Shown one piece after another: positions 29,652-39,504 of a DNA stretch of 64,000 bases. Within the stretch, counting starts at the first letter, position 1, and every line of letters begins with the position of its first letter. Source of the stretch: an uncultured Candidatus Saccharibacteria bacterium (GTDB lineage Bacteria; Patescibacteriota; Minisyncoccia; Phycocordibacterales; UBA918); contig CAYGJY010000001.1 in NCBI GenBank assembly GCA_964350645.1, positions 142,316 to 206,315 of the forward strand, read 5' to 3'. The notes beneath the pieces were generated by a model, which worked only from the letters and a program-made list of their open reading frames with translations, was not told the origin of the DNA and did no database searches. Made by a program: the position numbers and the translations under genes.

Positions 29652-30804
29652 ATAATTTTTCACGTTCAGTTTGCGTTGCTGCTGTGATATAGAAGAATAC
29701 ACGCCCTAAGTGGCCAGTAAAAAACATAAAAGGTATCACACCACGGGCTGAGGCTTTCGAGAAAAGTATACCGCGATTACGACATTGCTCAATTAGGGTA
29801 TCGATTGGTATGTGTTTCCAGTCTGGATTAGACACTTCAAGTGCTACATACGGCTGTTTAGTCGCGATTTTTTCATAGATACCGTATGCATATGAGGAGA
29901 TGACTCGACGAGGATTTGCTTCAACCCAGAGTAGGCCACTTGATTTTGAGAGAATGGCGTTTAGGCCAAGGTGACCACGGTAGCCCATCTTTTGGTAGGC
30001 AGAACCTATTTTTACGGCGTCGCGTTCGATTACTTGGCGAAGTTCAGGATCGATTGTATGGTACGACTCACAGCCTCGATATGAGCGTTTGTTCTGGTAA
30101 AAAAGTTGATTATGAAGCGATAGGGTCTGCACCGCTGCCCCGGTAACTAGTAGTTGTATACTAGGTGAGAGTGATACATCTGGAATCCAAGCCTCTACGA
30201 TATATTTACCAGTTCCTGTTAACTCGTGAGCGGGCCGAATGTCTTTATGGGTGCTTATGGCGTGGTGCAGGGTGTCTGGATTATATACCTCGGCATTTAA
30301 ACCACTTACGCCGTCCTCAGCTTTAATGATGACACTGTTGTTACCTGACCAGAAGAGACGCATTATCTTTACGTAATTCAACCACTTACTTGTGCGGGCT
30401 ACGTGACTGCCGGCTGGTGTAGAGATGTCAATATTGGCACATATTTTCTTAAACAAGGCTTTGCTTACAAAATCGTTATAGCAGCTTGGTATAGTGACAG
30501 ATCCTAGTTGTTGCGCGAGTGTTTCTTCTTTCTCAGTCCAGTTAAATACATCGAGTTCGGTTGGGGTAATGGCAGTAATTTGCTTGAGTGAGTTGCCGCT
30601 GATTGGGTTAGTAACAGTGCGAAGTTCTTCAGGTATGATCCCAATTTCTGCATAAAACGCACATAGTTTTGGGCTTTCATAGGGGATAACCACTGTAGTA
30701 TCAGGGGTGCTGAATACTAAGCCAGAAAATCCAAAATGAGTGATGTCTGTATTAGTAGTGTGCTTAAAAGGGATGTGGAGTCGATGCCAAATTACTGATT
30801 CCAT
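29629..30804 (-). CDS. ATP-grasp protein, PGM1/peptide-ligase-like
   Basis: SKALFK...TPAG, IIKAEDGVSG, IVEAWI, SPSIQ, GYRGHLGLN and WVEANPR motifs. Confidence 0.75.
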   Translation of the reverse strand: MESVIWHRLHIPFKHTTNTDITHFGFSGLVFSTPDTTVVIPYESPKLCAFYAEIGIIPEELRTVTNPISGNSLKQITAITPTELDVFNWTEKEETLAQQLGSVTIPSCYNDFVSKALFKKICANIDISTPAGSHVARTSKWLNYVKIMRLFWSGNNSVIIKAEDGVSGLNAEVYNPDTLHHAISTHKDIRPAHELTGTGKYIVEAWIPDVSLSPSIQLLVTGAAVQTLSLHNQLFYQNKRSYRGCESYHTIDPELRQVIERDAVKIGSAYQKMGYRGHLGLNAILSKSSGLLWVEANPRRVISSYAYGIYEKIATKQPYVALEVSNPDWKHIPIDTLIEQCRNRGILFSKASARGVIPFMFFTGHLGRVFFYITAATQTEREKLYEQITNL

Positions 30805-30865
30805 GGTGCTTTAAAAGTTAATCATTTTAGATTTACTTGTGTAACGTATTGTATACTTTTATAAC

Positions 30866-31693
30866 ATGACTGGAAAACGTATTAGTTATTATGTGACTGT
30901 ATTTAGTATCTGTACGATAGCAGGAGTAACTTACTTTTTTTTAATGGAGAGAGGTGACTCAGCTTTATACAAGGAAAATTATGATGCTGTAAACATCAGT
31001 GATACAGCAACGACTGAAGAATTGTTTCAAAAAGGTGAATATTACTTCAATCACGATGATGATCCGGCTGGTCCGTATGATATCAAAGAGGCGCGACGGT
31101 ACTATGAAGCGACGATTCGAAAAGATCCGCAAGCAATCGGGGCAGCCTGGTATCAGTTGGGCCGGATTGATTTTATTGAAGGAAAATTCAATGCAGCGTT
31201 GTATAAGTTTGAAAAATTAGAAGAGTATTTTCCAGAATCAGAAAGTAATATCAATCCTAACTACATGGCGGGATTGGTGTATGGTTATCAAGCTAGAAGG
31301 ACGAAAGACCAAGCTGACTGGGACGCTGCAGAGGCTGCTTTTGTTGACTATATAGAGTATGAACCGTATGCACCGTGGCCGCGGGTTGATTTAGCCTGGA
31401 TATATTTTGCACAGGGGAAGTTTGAGGAGATGAAGCCAGTACTAGGTGAAGGTCTCGTTTATGATGGCGATAATGCTTGGTTGCACAATATGTATGGACT
31501 GGCGATGCTTAATACTGGAGAAAAAGCAATTGCTCAAGAGCATTTTGGTTTTGCTGCTACGCTAGCTGAGGCACTCACACCGGAAGATTGGGGACAATCA
31601 TATCCGGGTAATAATCCCGCAGACTGGGAACAGGGTTTGGAAGAATTTAAAATTGCGATCCAGAGAAATCAAAATTTGGCAGCAGTTGAGTAA
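30866..31693 (+). CDS. Membrane-anchored TPR protein
   Basis: N-terminal TM; TPR-like helices AWYQLGRIDFIEGKFNAAL and LAWIYFAQGKFEE. Confidence 0.8.
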   Translation: MTGKRISYYVTVFSICTIAGVTYFFLMERGDSALYKENYDAVNISDTATTEELFQKGEYYFNHDDDPAGPYDIKEARRYYEATIRKDPQAIGAAWYQLGRIDFIEGKFNAALYKFEKLEEYFPESESNINPNYMAGLVYGYQARRTKDQADWDAAEAAFVDYIEYEPYAPWPRVDLAWIYFAQGKFEEMKPVLGEGLVYDGDNAWLHNMYGLAMLNTGEKAIAQEHFGFAATLAEALTPEDWGQSYPGNNPADWEQGLEEFKIAIQRNQNLAAVE

Positions 31694-31716
31694 ATTGTTG
31701 TAGGTTATACTGCAGT

Positions 31717-33936
31717 ATGCATCGGTTAGTGCCAGTTTTGGCGTTTTTATCAGGAGTCTGTGGAATTGCTTATGAGTTACTGTACTTCAGGATAATCAGC
31801 GCTTACTTAGGAGATATTTTTTATGTCGGTGCCGCAGTGGTAACTGTTTTTTTTCTCGGTATAGCCTTCGGGTCTTTATACGCTACTGATAAGTATCGTT
31901 ATTTGCCACTTGCAGAGTTTGCCTTAGGGGTTTATGCCATCATTGTAAGTTTCGGACTTCTGCATTTTGGATTGTCTATCACGACAGCCGTCGCACAGTT
32001 ACCTTTCTCTGAAATGATGAATCTGCTTGTAGCAGTTTTTGTAATCCTCGTACCGCCAGCATTTTTGGTCGGTCTGACGGCTCCATGGTTTGTATTTTAT
32101 GTCAGAAACACGAATTTATTTGTCAATAATTTTAGTATCGTGTACTGGCTATACAATCTTGGGGCGGCAGCTTCAGTTTTGTTGGTTGAGTACGTTTTCA
32201 TTAGGTCTTTGGGAATTTCAGCCAGCTTACTGCTAGTGAGCGTTATTAATTTTATTGTCGCTGGGACTCTGTTTCGAATCAAGGCTCCCGCAAAGGTTTC
32301 TGGGGAGATTGTTGCAAGAAACACCGTACCACAACAAGCTGTGCTTCTGCTCAGTGCACTTAGTTTTGTTAGTGGGATACTCCAAATGCTCGTTTTATAT
32401 CAAGTTATTCGCTATGTGGGTCCAATAGCAGAGAATTTTGCATTGTTTATGGTGGCTACACTAACGAGTATTTCAGTCGGAACAGTACTGGTTAGTTATG
32501 GTCGCATTAGTTTCGCTACTATTTGTTTGTGGATTCCGGCCATTATCGGAGTACAGTTTTTGTTGTTGCCTGAATTGATCTGGCTTTATTCAGTGCTATA
32601 CACCAACGGTGGAGTATTTCTAGGCAAGCTGTGTTTAATTGGGTTACTGGTAGTGCCAGTATTCAGTTGGTTTGGAGCAACCGCCGCAGCGTTAGTTGAA
32701 GAGCATAAGATCGCTCACACAGGTTGGGTGTTAGCTGTTACTGCTGGGAGTAATGTATGTGGCTTTTTAGGTTTTTTATTAGTGTTACATCGACCAGACG
32801 TAGCGTTATCTTGGATCATTTTTGGTTGTGGAGTTGGCATCGGTTTGCTAGTGCTGTTCTCAAGACCGTATGCTCTTAACGTATTACTGGTGTTAGCGCT
32901 TAGTGTGGTTTTGCTTGTCAGCGTGCTTGTCCGTTGGCCATCATATCTCGATTCAGTTGCTTATCATAAGGTCCCGGAAACTGTCATGCAGGGGGATGTT
33001 TTTTCAGATGAGACGTTACTGGTAGAGCAGCAATTTGGAGAAGATGTGCGGGTAGTACGTTCAGCAGTAAACAACGATGTGGTGAGATTGCAGTTCAACG
33101 GGTATCACTCATTAACTATCGGACCAGGCACAAACGCCGTTCGTAATGAAGCATTTGTCGGTATCGTAGGCTCTCATTTTACGGCCGCCACTGAGTCCGC
33201 GTTAGTGCTTGGGTTGGGGGCTGGCTTTACAACAGCAGCAGTAGTTGATCGGTATGACACCGTGACAGTGGTTGAGATTAACCCCTTAATGAAAAAGATA
33301 GTCACCTATTTTTCTAAAGAAAATAATAGTGTGAGCTTGGCGAAAAATCTAACAGTCCTTGAACAAGATGGGATCGTCGCACTCGCCAATAGTGCTGAAC
33401 AGTATGATTTAGTCGTGAATACCGTGACTACACCAGCTTATTTTTCAGCTAATAAATTGTGGACGGCAGATGTGTTTGATTTGATCAAACAGCGTTTAAG
33501 TCCCGGTGGTGTGTTTGTCGGGTGGCTCGACAGTCGGTTGGGTGATGTCGGTACCAATATCATGCTCGACACGCTCGAGTCGGTCTTTGCCGAGTGTTCA
33601 TACGCCTATATCAATCAGGAATATTTTGCTTTTGTGTGTAGTGATGGACCACTGACGCATCAAGATCGATCGTGGCCGGCCGATTACTTTAGTGGCCTGT
33701 TAGCTGAAGATTGGCCAGGAGTGTCCGAAATTTTGCTACTTGATTCGCTTATGTTTGATCATGTCCAGCCTGAATCAAGTGCAAAAATGATCAATACGCT
33801 GGACCATCCGGTGTTGTCATATTTAGTACTTAAGCAGGATCTGAGGTCATCAACATTCTCGAGGACAGCACTGGTTGAGTCATTTGCAGCGAAAGATCGT
33901 AGCAGTAGCAGTCAGTCAATTTTAGATCAATGGTAA
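31717..33936 (+). CDS. Polytopic membrane protein fused to a spermidine-synthase-like methyltransferase-fold domain
   Basis: FLSGVCGIAYEL N-terminus, about 12 TMs, then ALVLGLGAG, VVEINP and LSPGGVF motifs. Confidence 0.8.
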   Translation: MHRLVPVLAFLSGVCGIAYELLYFRIISAYLGDIFYVGAAVVTVFFLGIAFGSLYATDKYRYLPLAEFALGVYAIIVSFGLLHFGLSITTAVAQLPFSEMMNLLVAVFVILVPPAFLVGLTAPWFVFYVRNTNLFVNNFSIVYWLYNLGAAASVLLVEYVFIRSLGISASLLLVSVINFIVAGTLFRIKAPAKVSGEIVARNTVPQQAVLLLSALSFVSGILQMLVLYQVIRYVGPIAENFALFMVATLTSISVGTVLVSYGRISFATICLWIPAIIGVQFLLLPELIWLYSVLYTNGGVFLGKLCLIGLLVVPVFSWFGATAAALVEEHKIAHTGWVLAVTAGSNVCGFLGFLLVLHRPDVALSWIIFGCGVGIGLLVLFSRPYALNVLLVLALSVVLLVSVLVRWPSYLDSVAYHKVPETVMQGDVFSDETLLVEQQFGEDVRVVRSAVNNDVVRLQFNGYHSLTIGPGTNAVRNEAFVGIVGSHFTAATESALVLGLGAGFTTAAVVDRYDTVTVVEINPLMKKIVTYFSKENNSVSLAKNLTVLEQDGIVALANSAEQYDLVVNTVTTPAYFSANKLWTADVFDLIKQRLSPGGVFVGWLDSRLGDVGTNIMLDTLESVFAECSYAYINQEYFAFVCSDGPLTHQDRSWPADYFSGLLAEDWPGVSEILLLDSLMFDHVQPESSAKMINTLDHPVLSYLVLKQDLRSSTFSRTALVESFAAKDRSSSSQSILDQW

Positions 33937-33937
33937 T

Positions 33938-35044
33938 CTACTGGATTGTCGTACGTGGCTGTGTTTGTAATTTTTTGCAAATCGGATATATGAACACTAA
34001 AGTCAACATAGAAACAATTGCAGCAAGGAAGAGATTGTCTTCCTCAAATACGAAGAAGCTCACTATAAATAATGCATACAGATGTAGTACATAACACACA
34101 AGTGGTGAACGACCGAATACTGATAAGACAACACCCCAGGAACGTTTTGAGCTCAAGTGCATAAGTATACCCAGAAGGAGGAAGTTGCAACCGATGGTGA
34201 TTAATAAAAATACAATGCTGGGGGGATATTTACTCAGCGTTATGAAGGACAGAGGGATACTGTAGTCATTAAGGCCGTAATTACCAATCTCAAATATGCG
34301 GAGTATAAGGCCAGTACAGAGGAGAACAAGGCCTGATTTGAACAGTGTTATAGAAACTTTTTCAGGTTGCTTGATAAGTAGTCGGCCGCATACCATTCCT
34401 AGTAGAGCGACACCAAACCAAGGCAGCAAAGGGTATAAGACAGATATATGACTTGAAAATCCTGGTTGCAGGAGTGGCCAAAAGTAAAAGGGAAGTATTA
34501 TTTTAGAGTGGGAAACTATGGCCGAGAATACAATGATTAACATTGAACCGCTGAATAGATACCAACTTTTAGCCCGGTAGAGTAAAGCGCACAGTGAAAG
34601 TGTGACCCCGAGGCAGTATAAGACGCCGAAATAGTAATAGGTGTTTTGGGAGTCAGTTAGGTGCTTAAAATGTTCTTGTATTGATGCAAATATAGTGTCA
34701 GTATCGGACACCCATACGAGATTAATGACTGCGAATTGCAGAAGAATGAGTAATATGCCCCGGAGGAATAACTGCAGTCTAATCTTAGTATGGGACCAAC
34801 CGATAGAGATTCTGTGATTCACAAAGAGGACTATACTGACACCGAGTACAAGAAAGAAACCTGGAGCAACAATGTGAGATATCAATCTTGGTATAGCAGT
34901 TAGATATGAGGTGTAAGGGGTGCTGGTATTTGAGTACATCTCTAAGAACGATACACCGGCAATAAAATACAGTGCATGGTCAAAAACCATACTAATCAGT
35001 AGCACACCCCGTAAGTGATCAATGGCGATAATTCTGTTTATCAT
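33938..35044 (-). CDS. DUF1624 / heparan-alpha-glucosaminide N-acetyltransferase-like membrane protein
   Basis: RIIAIDHLRG...MVFDH, SHIVAPGF, YPLLPW and KYPPS motifs. Confidence 0.82.
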   Translation of the reverse strand: MINRIIAIDHLRGVLLISMVFDHALYFIAGVSFLEMYSNTSTPYTSYLTAIPRLISHIVAPGFFLVLGVSIVLFVNHRISIGWSHTKIRLQLFLRGILLILLQFAVINLVWVSDTDTIFASIQEHFKHLTDSQNTYYYFGVLYCLGVTLSLCALLYRAKSWYLFSGSMLIIVFSAIVSHSKIILPFYFWPLLQPGFSSHISVLYPLLPWFGVALLGMVCGRLLIKQPEKVSITLFKSGLVLLCTGLILRIFEIGNYGLNDYSIPLSFITLSKYPPSIVFLLITIGCNFLLLGILMHLSSKRSWGVVLSVFGRSPLVCYVLHLYALFIVSFFVFEEDNLFLAAIVSMLTLVFIYPICKKLQTQPRTTIQ

Positions 35045-35166
35045 TGTTGATACAGTAAGTGTAGCGCACCAGAGATATGAAATGTGCTCTAGCGCAGCAT
35101 TGTGTATAAAGGAGTATGTTGAAGAACAAGTGTGACATAATTAAATTAGTAATAACACTCGTATTT

Positions 35167-37776
35167 ATGAAATTGGGACTTTTCAAACGATATTTTTATA
35201 CTGGACTTTTCCTGTGTCTCGGAGCCGTACTGGCGACAGCCTGTTACTTATTTTTCCAGTCTTCTGAGACGCTGGTTGTTGATCAAGATAGTAATTCAGT
35301 GGAGCTTGGTCTGCTCGAGCTTTCGCCACTTGGTGAGGCTGGTGGCTACGCCATGCCGGCTAGTGGCTGTAGTGTGATTCACCGTGATTGTACTGGTGGT
35401 TATGGCTGTACTGGTAAAGATTGTACTCCAGTTTGCCAAGGTTGGGGCCCTCGATATGTAAACTCTTGTTCAATTAGTACTGATCTACGCACTCGCAAAT
35501 ATGCCGATGGCAGCTGGAGTGGGTACAGTGTTAATGACAGGAACATGGTAAATGGTAATAGTATTCAGGTTAATTGGAGTACGTCACTGAGTGATCCAGG
35601 CGATAACAGTCGGATCGTCTGTACACAAGAAAACTTTTCCGATGGAGGATTGAGTGGAAATAATATTAATGTGGTAGAGCCGACAGCTGGGAATAGCACT
35701 AACTATCGAGTTGTCTGTTCCTACTATAACCGAAGTTCAGCTTCAGCTGTGAGAGTGACAAATATATCGCCACTTGCTGTAAACGGATCGTGTGGAACTG
35801 CTAACGGCCGAACATTTTCGCATACTGATACGAGCTACGGTAGTTACACTGCCTGTAGCGCTGGTTCTGCTTCTGGATTTTCATTTCCTGCTGCCGGCTC
35901 GAGTGACTCTTGGACTTGTTCAGGTAGTAACGGGGGTGCACCAGCGAGTTGTTCTGCAAGCAGGAGTGCGGTCCCAGCTGATGACGATCTTACACCTGAT
36001 GAGCCGACTATTGATGGCGTCATTCCGACGACTGTCAATACTCGAATTCCGGTAGGGACGGCTGCTAGTCTCTACACGGTCCAACGAAATATCGGGAATG
36101 CTAACAGCGCAACGTATCGTCTTCGTTTCTACGTTGATCAACCAGTCAGTTCTGCTATTAACGCGGGTGGTATTTTCGACAACCAAGGAGCGTTGGCTCC
36201 AAATGGAAATCGTCCACACCCTAGGACTTGGACTCCAACTGAGACGGGTGTGCATGCAATTCGAGTCGAGACTGAAAACTCTGGCACATGGACTCAGTAC
36301 AACCAAGATACAGATCTTGCAGCCAATAATGACGATAGTAGTACCTACAGTTTTTGGGTAATTCCACAGCCGGTTGATGACTTAACATACACGTGCAGCG
36401 CGGATGGGTCTCAGATTACCTTCAATTGGACTGCTCCAGCTGGTACAGTTGGCAACACATTTGCTTGGCGGTTTGACAATATTACTCAGGGAGGATGGAC
36501 AAATACCTGCAGTAGTATTAATCCAGGTGATGAATGTCTCGATATAACGAGTACTTCTCGGACGGTTAACATTTCACCAGGTGATTCAGTAAGCGCTTGG
36601 GTGCACGCACGAGGGAACGATAGTGTGTGGGGAGCTAGTGACTCAACTGGTACGTTTACGTGTGGACAGAGCGACCTTGATCCTAATAATCCATTGTTCA
36701 ATGGTAGCAACCCAAATGGTCAAGATTACAGAATCGGAACACCAATTACCATCAGTTCTATTCAGCAGAATAAGGGCGGAGTGACTAGTGGACAGTATCG
36801 GTTCCGATTCTTGGTTGATCAGCCAATATCAGCCAATATCGCTCCAGGAGGAAATCTTGATGGACAAGGTCCGATTATTGCAGGTGGCACAAATTCTCAT
36901 TCAACAACTTGGACGCCAACCGAATTAGGGGTTCACACAGTCTCGGCACAAACATTTGCCAATGGTTCGTTTGGTACCTATGTCGACTCAGATACCAGCA
37001 ATAATAATTCAGCCGCTCTAAGCTTTAACATTGTCCCTGTACCAGAATGTATTGATGGTTCTGATAATGATAATGATGGTTTGACAGATAGTGCAGATCC
37101 CGATTGTCCCGGCGGCGGTGCAGATGGTTGTTCATCACCACCATGTAATGAGGGTACCAACGATACACCAGTAGATGCCGATATTGAGGTATGTCTCTTA
37201 GGTGATACCGGTGGTAGTAGTTGTACACCAGACACACTGAGTATTGTTGGGGTTGATGAGGTTGAGATTTCCTGGGACAGTACCTTTGCGAGCAATTGTA
37301 CGTTTACCAATTTTGATGGCGGTGGTCTGACTGGTTCGGCATCTCGAAATGGAACTGACGACACCATTGCTGAACCAAGTGATAGTTCAAGAACATATAC
37401 GGTAACGTGTATTGATTCGAGTGATGGCACATCTATCAGTGACAGTGTAATAGTGAGTCATGCAGCTTCAGGCAGCACAGATGCTTGTGTTCCACCATAT
37501 GACATTTCAGCTGATCCAAGAGTGGTGCGTTCAGGTACTAATTCGACGATTTCCTTCACCAATTATAATGAAGCAACTGGCTGTACGTTGCATCAAAATG
37601 ATATTACCAATCCAGCTGTGTCAACTTCGGGGACACGCTCATGCGGAGTTCCAACAACGTATACTGCAGGTCCACTTACTAGTGCTTCAACGTATGTCTT
37701 AAATTGTCCAGATGATCCAGGGCCGACACGACCAACTGTTACTATTCCCGTTATCCCAGTCATTGACGATAACTAG
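35167..37776 (+). CDS. Large Cys/Ser/Thr-rich surface protein with two CARDB/Ig-like repeats
   Basis: N-terminal TM; duplicated ~125-aa domain; VNGSCGTANG...WTCSGSNGG and CIDGSDNDNDGLTDSADPDC motifs. Confidence 0.8.
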   Translation: MKLGLFKRYFYTGLFLCLGAVLATACYLFFQSSETLVVDQDSNSVELGLLELSPLGEAGGYAMPASGCSVIHRDCTGGYGCTGKDCTPVCQGWGPRYVNSCSISTDLRTRKYADGSWSGYSVNDRNMVNGNSIQVNWSTSLSDPGDNSRIVCTQENFSDGGLSGNNINVVEPTAGNSTNYRVVCSYYNRSSASAVRVTNISPLAVNGSCGTANGRTFSHTDTSYGSYTACSAGSASGFSFPAAGSSDSWTCSGSNGGAPASCSASRSAVPADDDLTPDEPTIDGVIPTTVNTRIPVGTAASLYTVQRNIGNANSATYRLRFYVDQPVSSAINAGGIFDNQGALAPNGNRPHPRTWTPTETGVHAIRVETENSGTWTQYNQDTDLAANNDDSSTYSFWVIPQPVDDLTYTCSADGSQITFNWTAPAGTVGNTFAWRFDNITQGGWTNTCSSINPGDECLDITSTSRTVNISPGDSVSAWVHARGNDSVWGASDSTGTFTCGQSDLDPNNPLFNGSNPNGQDYRIGTPITISSIQQNKGGVTSGQYRFRFLVDQPISANIAPGGNLDGQGPIIAGGTNSHSTTWTPTELGVHTVSAQTFANGSFGTYVDSDTSNNNSAALSFNIVPVPECIDGSDNDNDGLTDSADPDCPGGGADGCSSPPCNEGTNDTPVDADIEVCLLGDTGGSSCTPDTLSIVGVDEVEISWDSTFASNCTFTNFDGGGLTGSASRNGTDDTIAEPSDSSRTYTVTCIDSSDGTSISDSVIVSHAASGSTDACVPPYDISADPRVVRSGTNSTISFTNYNEATGCTLHQNDITNPAVSTSGTRSCGVPTTYTAGPLTSASTYVLNCPDDPGPTRPTVTIPVIPVIDDN

Positions 37777-37797
37777 GTCTACGTACGTGTACTAGCC

Positions 37798-37846
37798 CAG
37801 ATACACAAACGACCTGCAACACTGTTGCAGGTCGTTTGTGTATCTG
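37798..37846. terminator. Long perfect hairpin between convergent genes (probable bidirectional terminator)
   Basis: 23-bp inverted repeat CAGATACACAAACGACCTGCAAC-ACT-GTTGCAGGTCGTTTGTGTATCTG. Confidence 0.8.
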
Positions 37847-37916
37847 TGTATGATCCGTTAATCAATAGGTCATGTTTGACCTCGACTCTGATAGTGTGTT
37901 TATTTTAGCGGATAGT

Positions 37917-38492
37917 TTAGACTGCAGTCTCGTCAGGCTTGGTTGGTAAGCGCTCGTCAGCTGCTTTCAAGATGAGGGCTTTAATGTCACGAGGCCTTGG
38001 CATGTTGTGGCTAGTGAATTCTTCATTACTGCCACCAGCTGTTTGTGCTTCGATGGTACCAAAGTCGAGAAGGGTAGGGATCACACCATTGACCTCAATG
38101 TTCATATCCTGCAATCGTTCAAGTCTAAATGAACTCACAAAACGATGGAAAAAGCCTCGTTGGTCAACTAAAATGACACGTTTATTGGTGATGGCCCAGA
38201 GGTCAAGATAATGGTCGGTCCAGGCATTGGCAAGGGAAATCCATAAGAGTAAAAGCCATGCCGTATAGATGGTCCACAATTCACTGCTATAACCCTCAGC
38301 GTACTCAGTCAAGCTCGTTAGACCGGTTGCAGCTTCGGGTAAGGTAAGAGATTTTATCAGCAGGAATGCAATCAAAGGAAACAGCGCTAAGAAGGCGATA
38401 AAGAAACAGCGCATAGCAATAATCCACCAGTGTTTGCGGACAATCTTGATGACGTATTCGTCAACTTCGAGGTTGATACGTTCGAGGAGCAT
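37917..38492 (-). CDS. Membrane protein with bacterial PH domain
   Basis: RKHWW, two TMs, ITNKRVI...QRGFF and FGTIEAQTAG motifs. Confidence 0.75.
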   Translation of the reverse strand: MLLERINLEVDEYVIKIVRKHWWIIAMRCFFIAFLALFPLIAFLLIKSLTLPEAATGLTSLTEYAEGYSSELWTIYTAWLLLLWISLANAWTDHYLDLWAITNKRVILVDQRGFFHRFVSSFRLERLQDMNIEVNGVIPTLLDFGTIEAQTAGGSNEEFTSHNMPRPRDIKALILKAADERLPTKPDETAV

Positions 38493-38495
38493 GGT

Positions 38496-38693
38496 TTATA
38501 AAAATATTATCAGCGCTAAACCGGTTAAAATGATCACATCACCCGCGATAAAAATACTGGTACCGATAAACGAGACGCGAGGTTCAGCACCGAACGAGAA
38601 CCAGTGATAGCCGAGCACAACGGCATGGATTAGTGTTCCCAGCATCAATACATAAAATAAGAGCTGAAAGATGAGGGTAGGATCAAAGGTCAT
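38496..38693 (-). CDS. Small two-TM membrane protein
   Basis: 65-aa hydrophobic ORF tightly packed between prmC and the PH-domain gene. Confidence 0.65.
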   Translation of the reverse strand: MTFDPTLIFQLLFYVLMLGTLIHAVVLGYHWFSFGAEPRVSFIGTSIFIAGDVIILTGLALIIFL

Positions 38694-38697
38694 TGAA

Positions 38698-39477
38698 TTA
38701 TTGTAGCACCAAAATACTATAGCGATCTACTCCGTATTGGTCAGGTCTGGTTGTGACCACAAAATTGTGCTTGGTGCCAAGACTTTGAATAAAGGCCGCC
38801 TGTTCTGGTTCATGTTCAAGCCAGAGTTCACCAGCTGGCTTTAGGTGGTTGGGGGCAGTAGCGATAATCTTGGAAATTAATTTTAGGCCATGCATACCGC
38901 CATAGAGGGCTGTGGCTGGTTCATATAGCACGACACTGGCGTCAACTCGATTGAGCGTTTTGTCTATATAAGGTGGGTTACTGAGGATGACATTGTAGGT
39001 TTTAGTTACTTTAGAAAATAAGTCTGAGGCAATGATTTCTGTGCGAGCTAGGTTAATGTGATTGTGTTCAAGATTGTGTTTGATAGTGGGTAGGTGAGCT
39101 GGCTCGATCTCAGAGAAATCTACTTGGATATTAGGAAGAGCTTTGGCAATAGCTATACCGATGCAGCCTGAGCCAGCACAGAGATCAAGTATGTGAGGTG
39201 TGTGGTCATCAGTCAGTGTTTTAGGAGAGGGTTTCCGTGAGATCTGCTCGAATCGTTGTCTGATGTGATCAATTGCATGTTCAGTCCAATATTCAGTTTC
39301 AGCACGGGGGATAAGTGGACGCGAATCAAGTAAAATGGTGGTGTTGAGAAAAGGAACTGAGCCGATGACATAGCCAAGCGGCTCGCCCGCGGCGAGTCGC
39401 TTACAGTCAGCAAGAAATGCCTCAGATGTAACTCCGTCATATTTTTCTTGCAGTAGCCAGTCGACTTCTCTGTGCAT
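38698..39477 (-). CDS. prmC: Release factor glutamine methyltransferase (HemK/PrmC)
   Basis: GEPLGYVIG, LIPRAETE, LDLCAGSGCIG and SNPPY motifs. Confidence 0.92.
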   Translation of the reverse strand: MHREVDWLLQEKYDGVTSEAFLADCKRLAAGEPLGYVIGSVPFLNTTILLDSRPLIPRAETEYWTEHAIDHIRQRFEQISRKPSPKTLTDDHTPHILDLCAGSGCIGIAIAKALPNIQVDFSEIEPAHLPTIKHNLEHNHINLARTEIIASDLFSKVTKTYNVILSNPPYIDKTLNRVDASVVLYEPATALYGGMHGLKLISKIIATAPNHLKPAGELWLEHEPEQAAFIQSLGTKHNFVVTTRPDQYGVDRYSILVLQ

Positions 39478-39504
39478 GTAGAAGCATGGTATGCTTCTAA
39501 CCAT

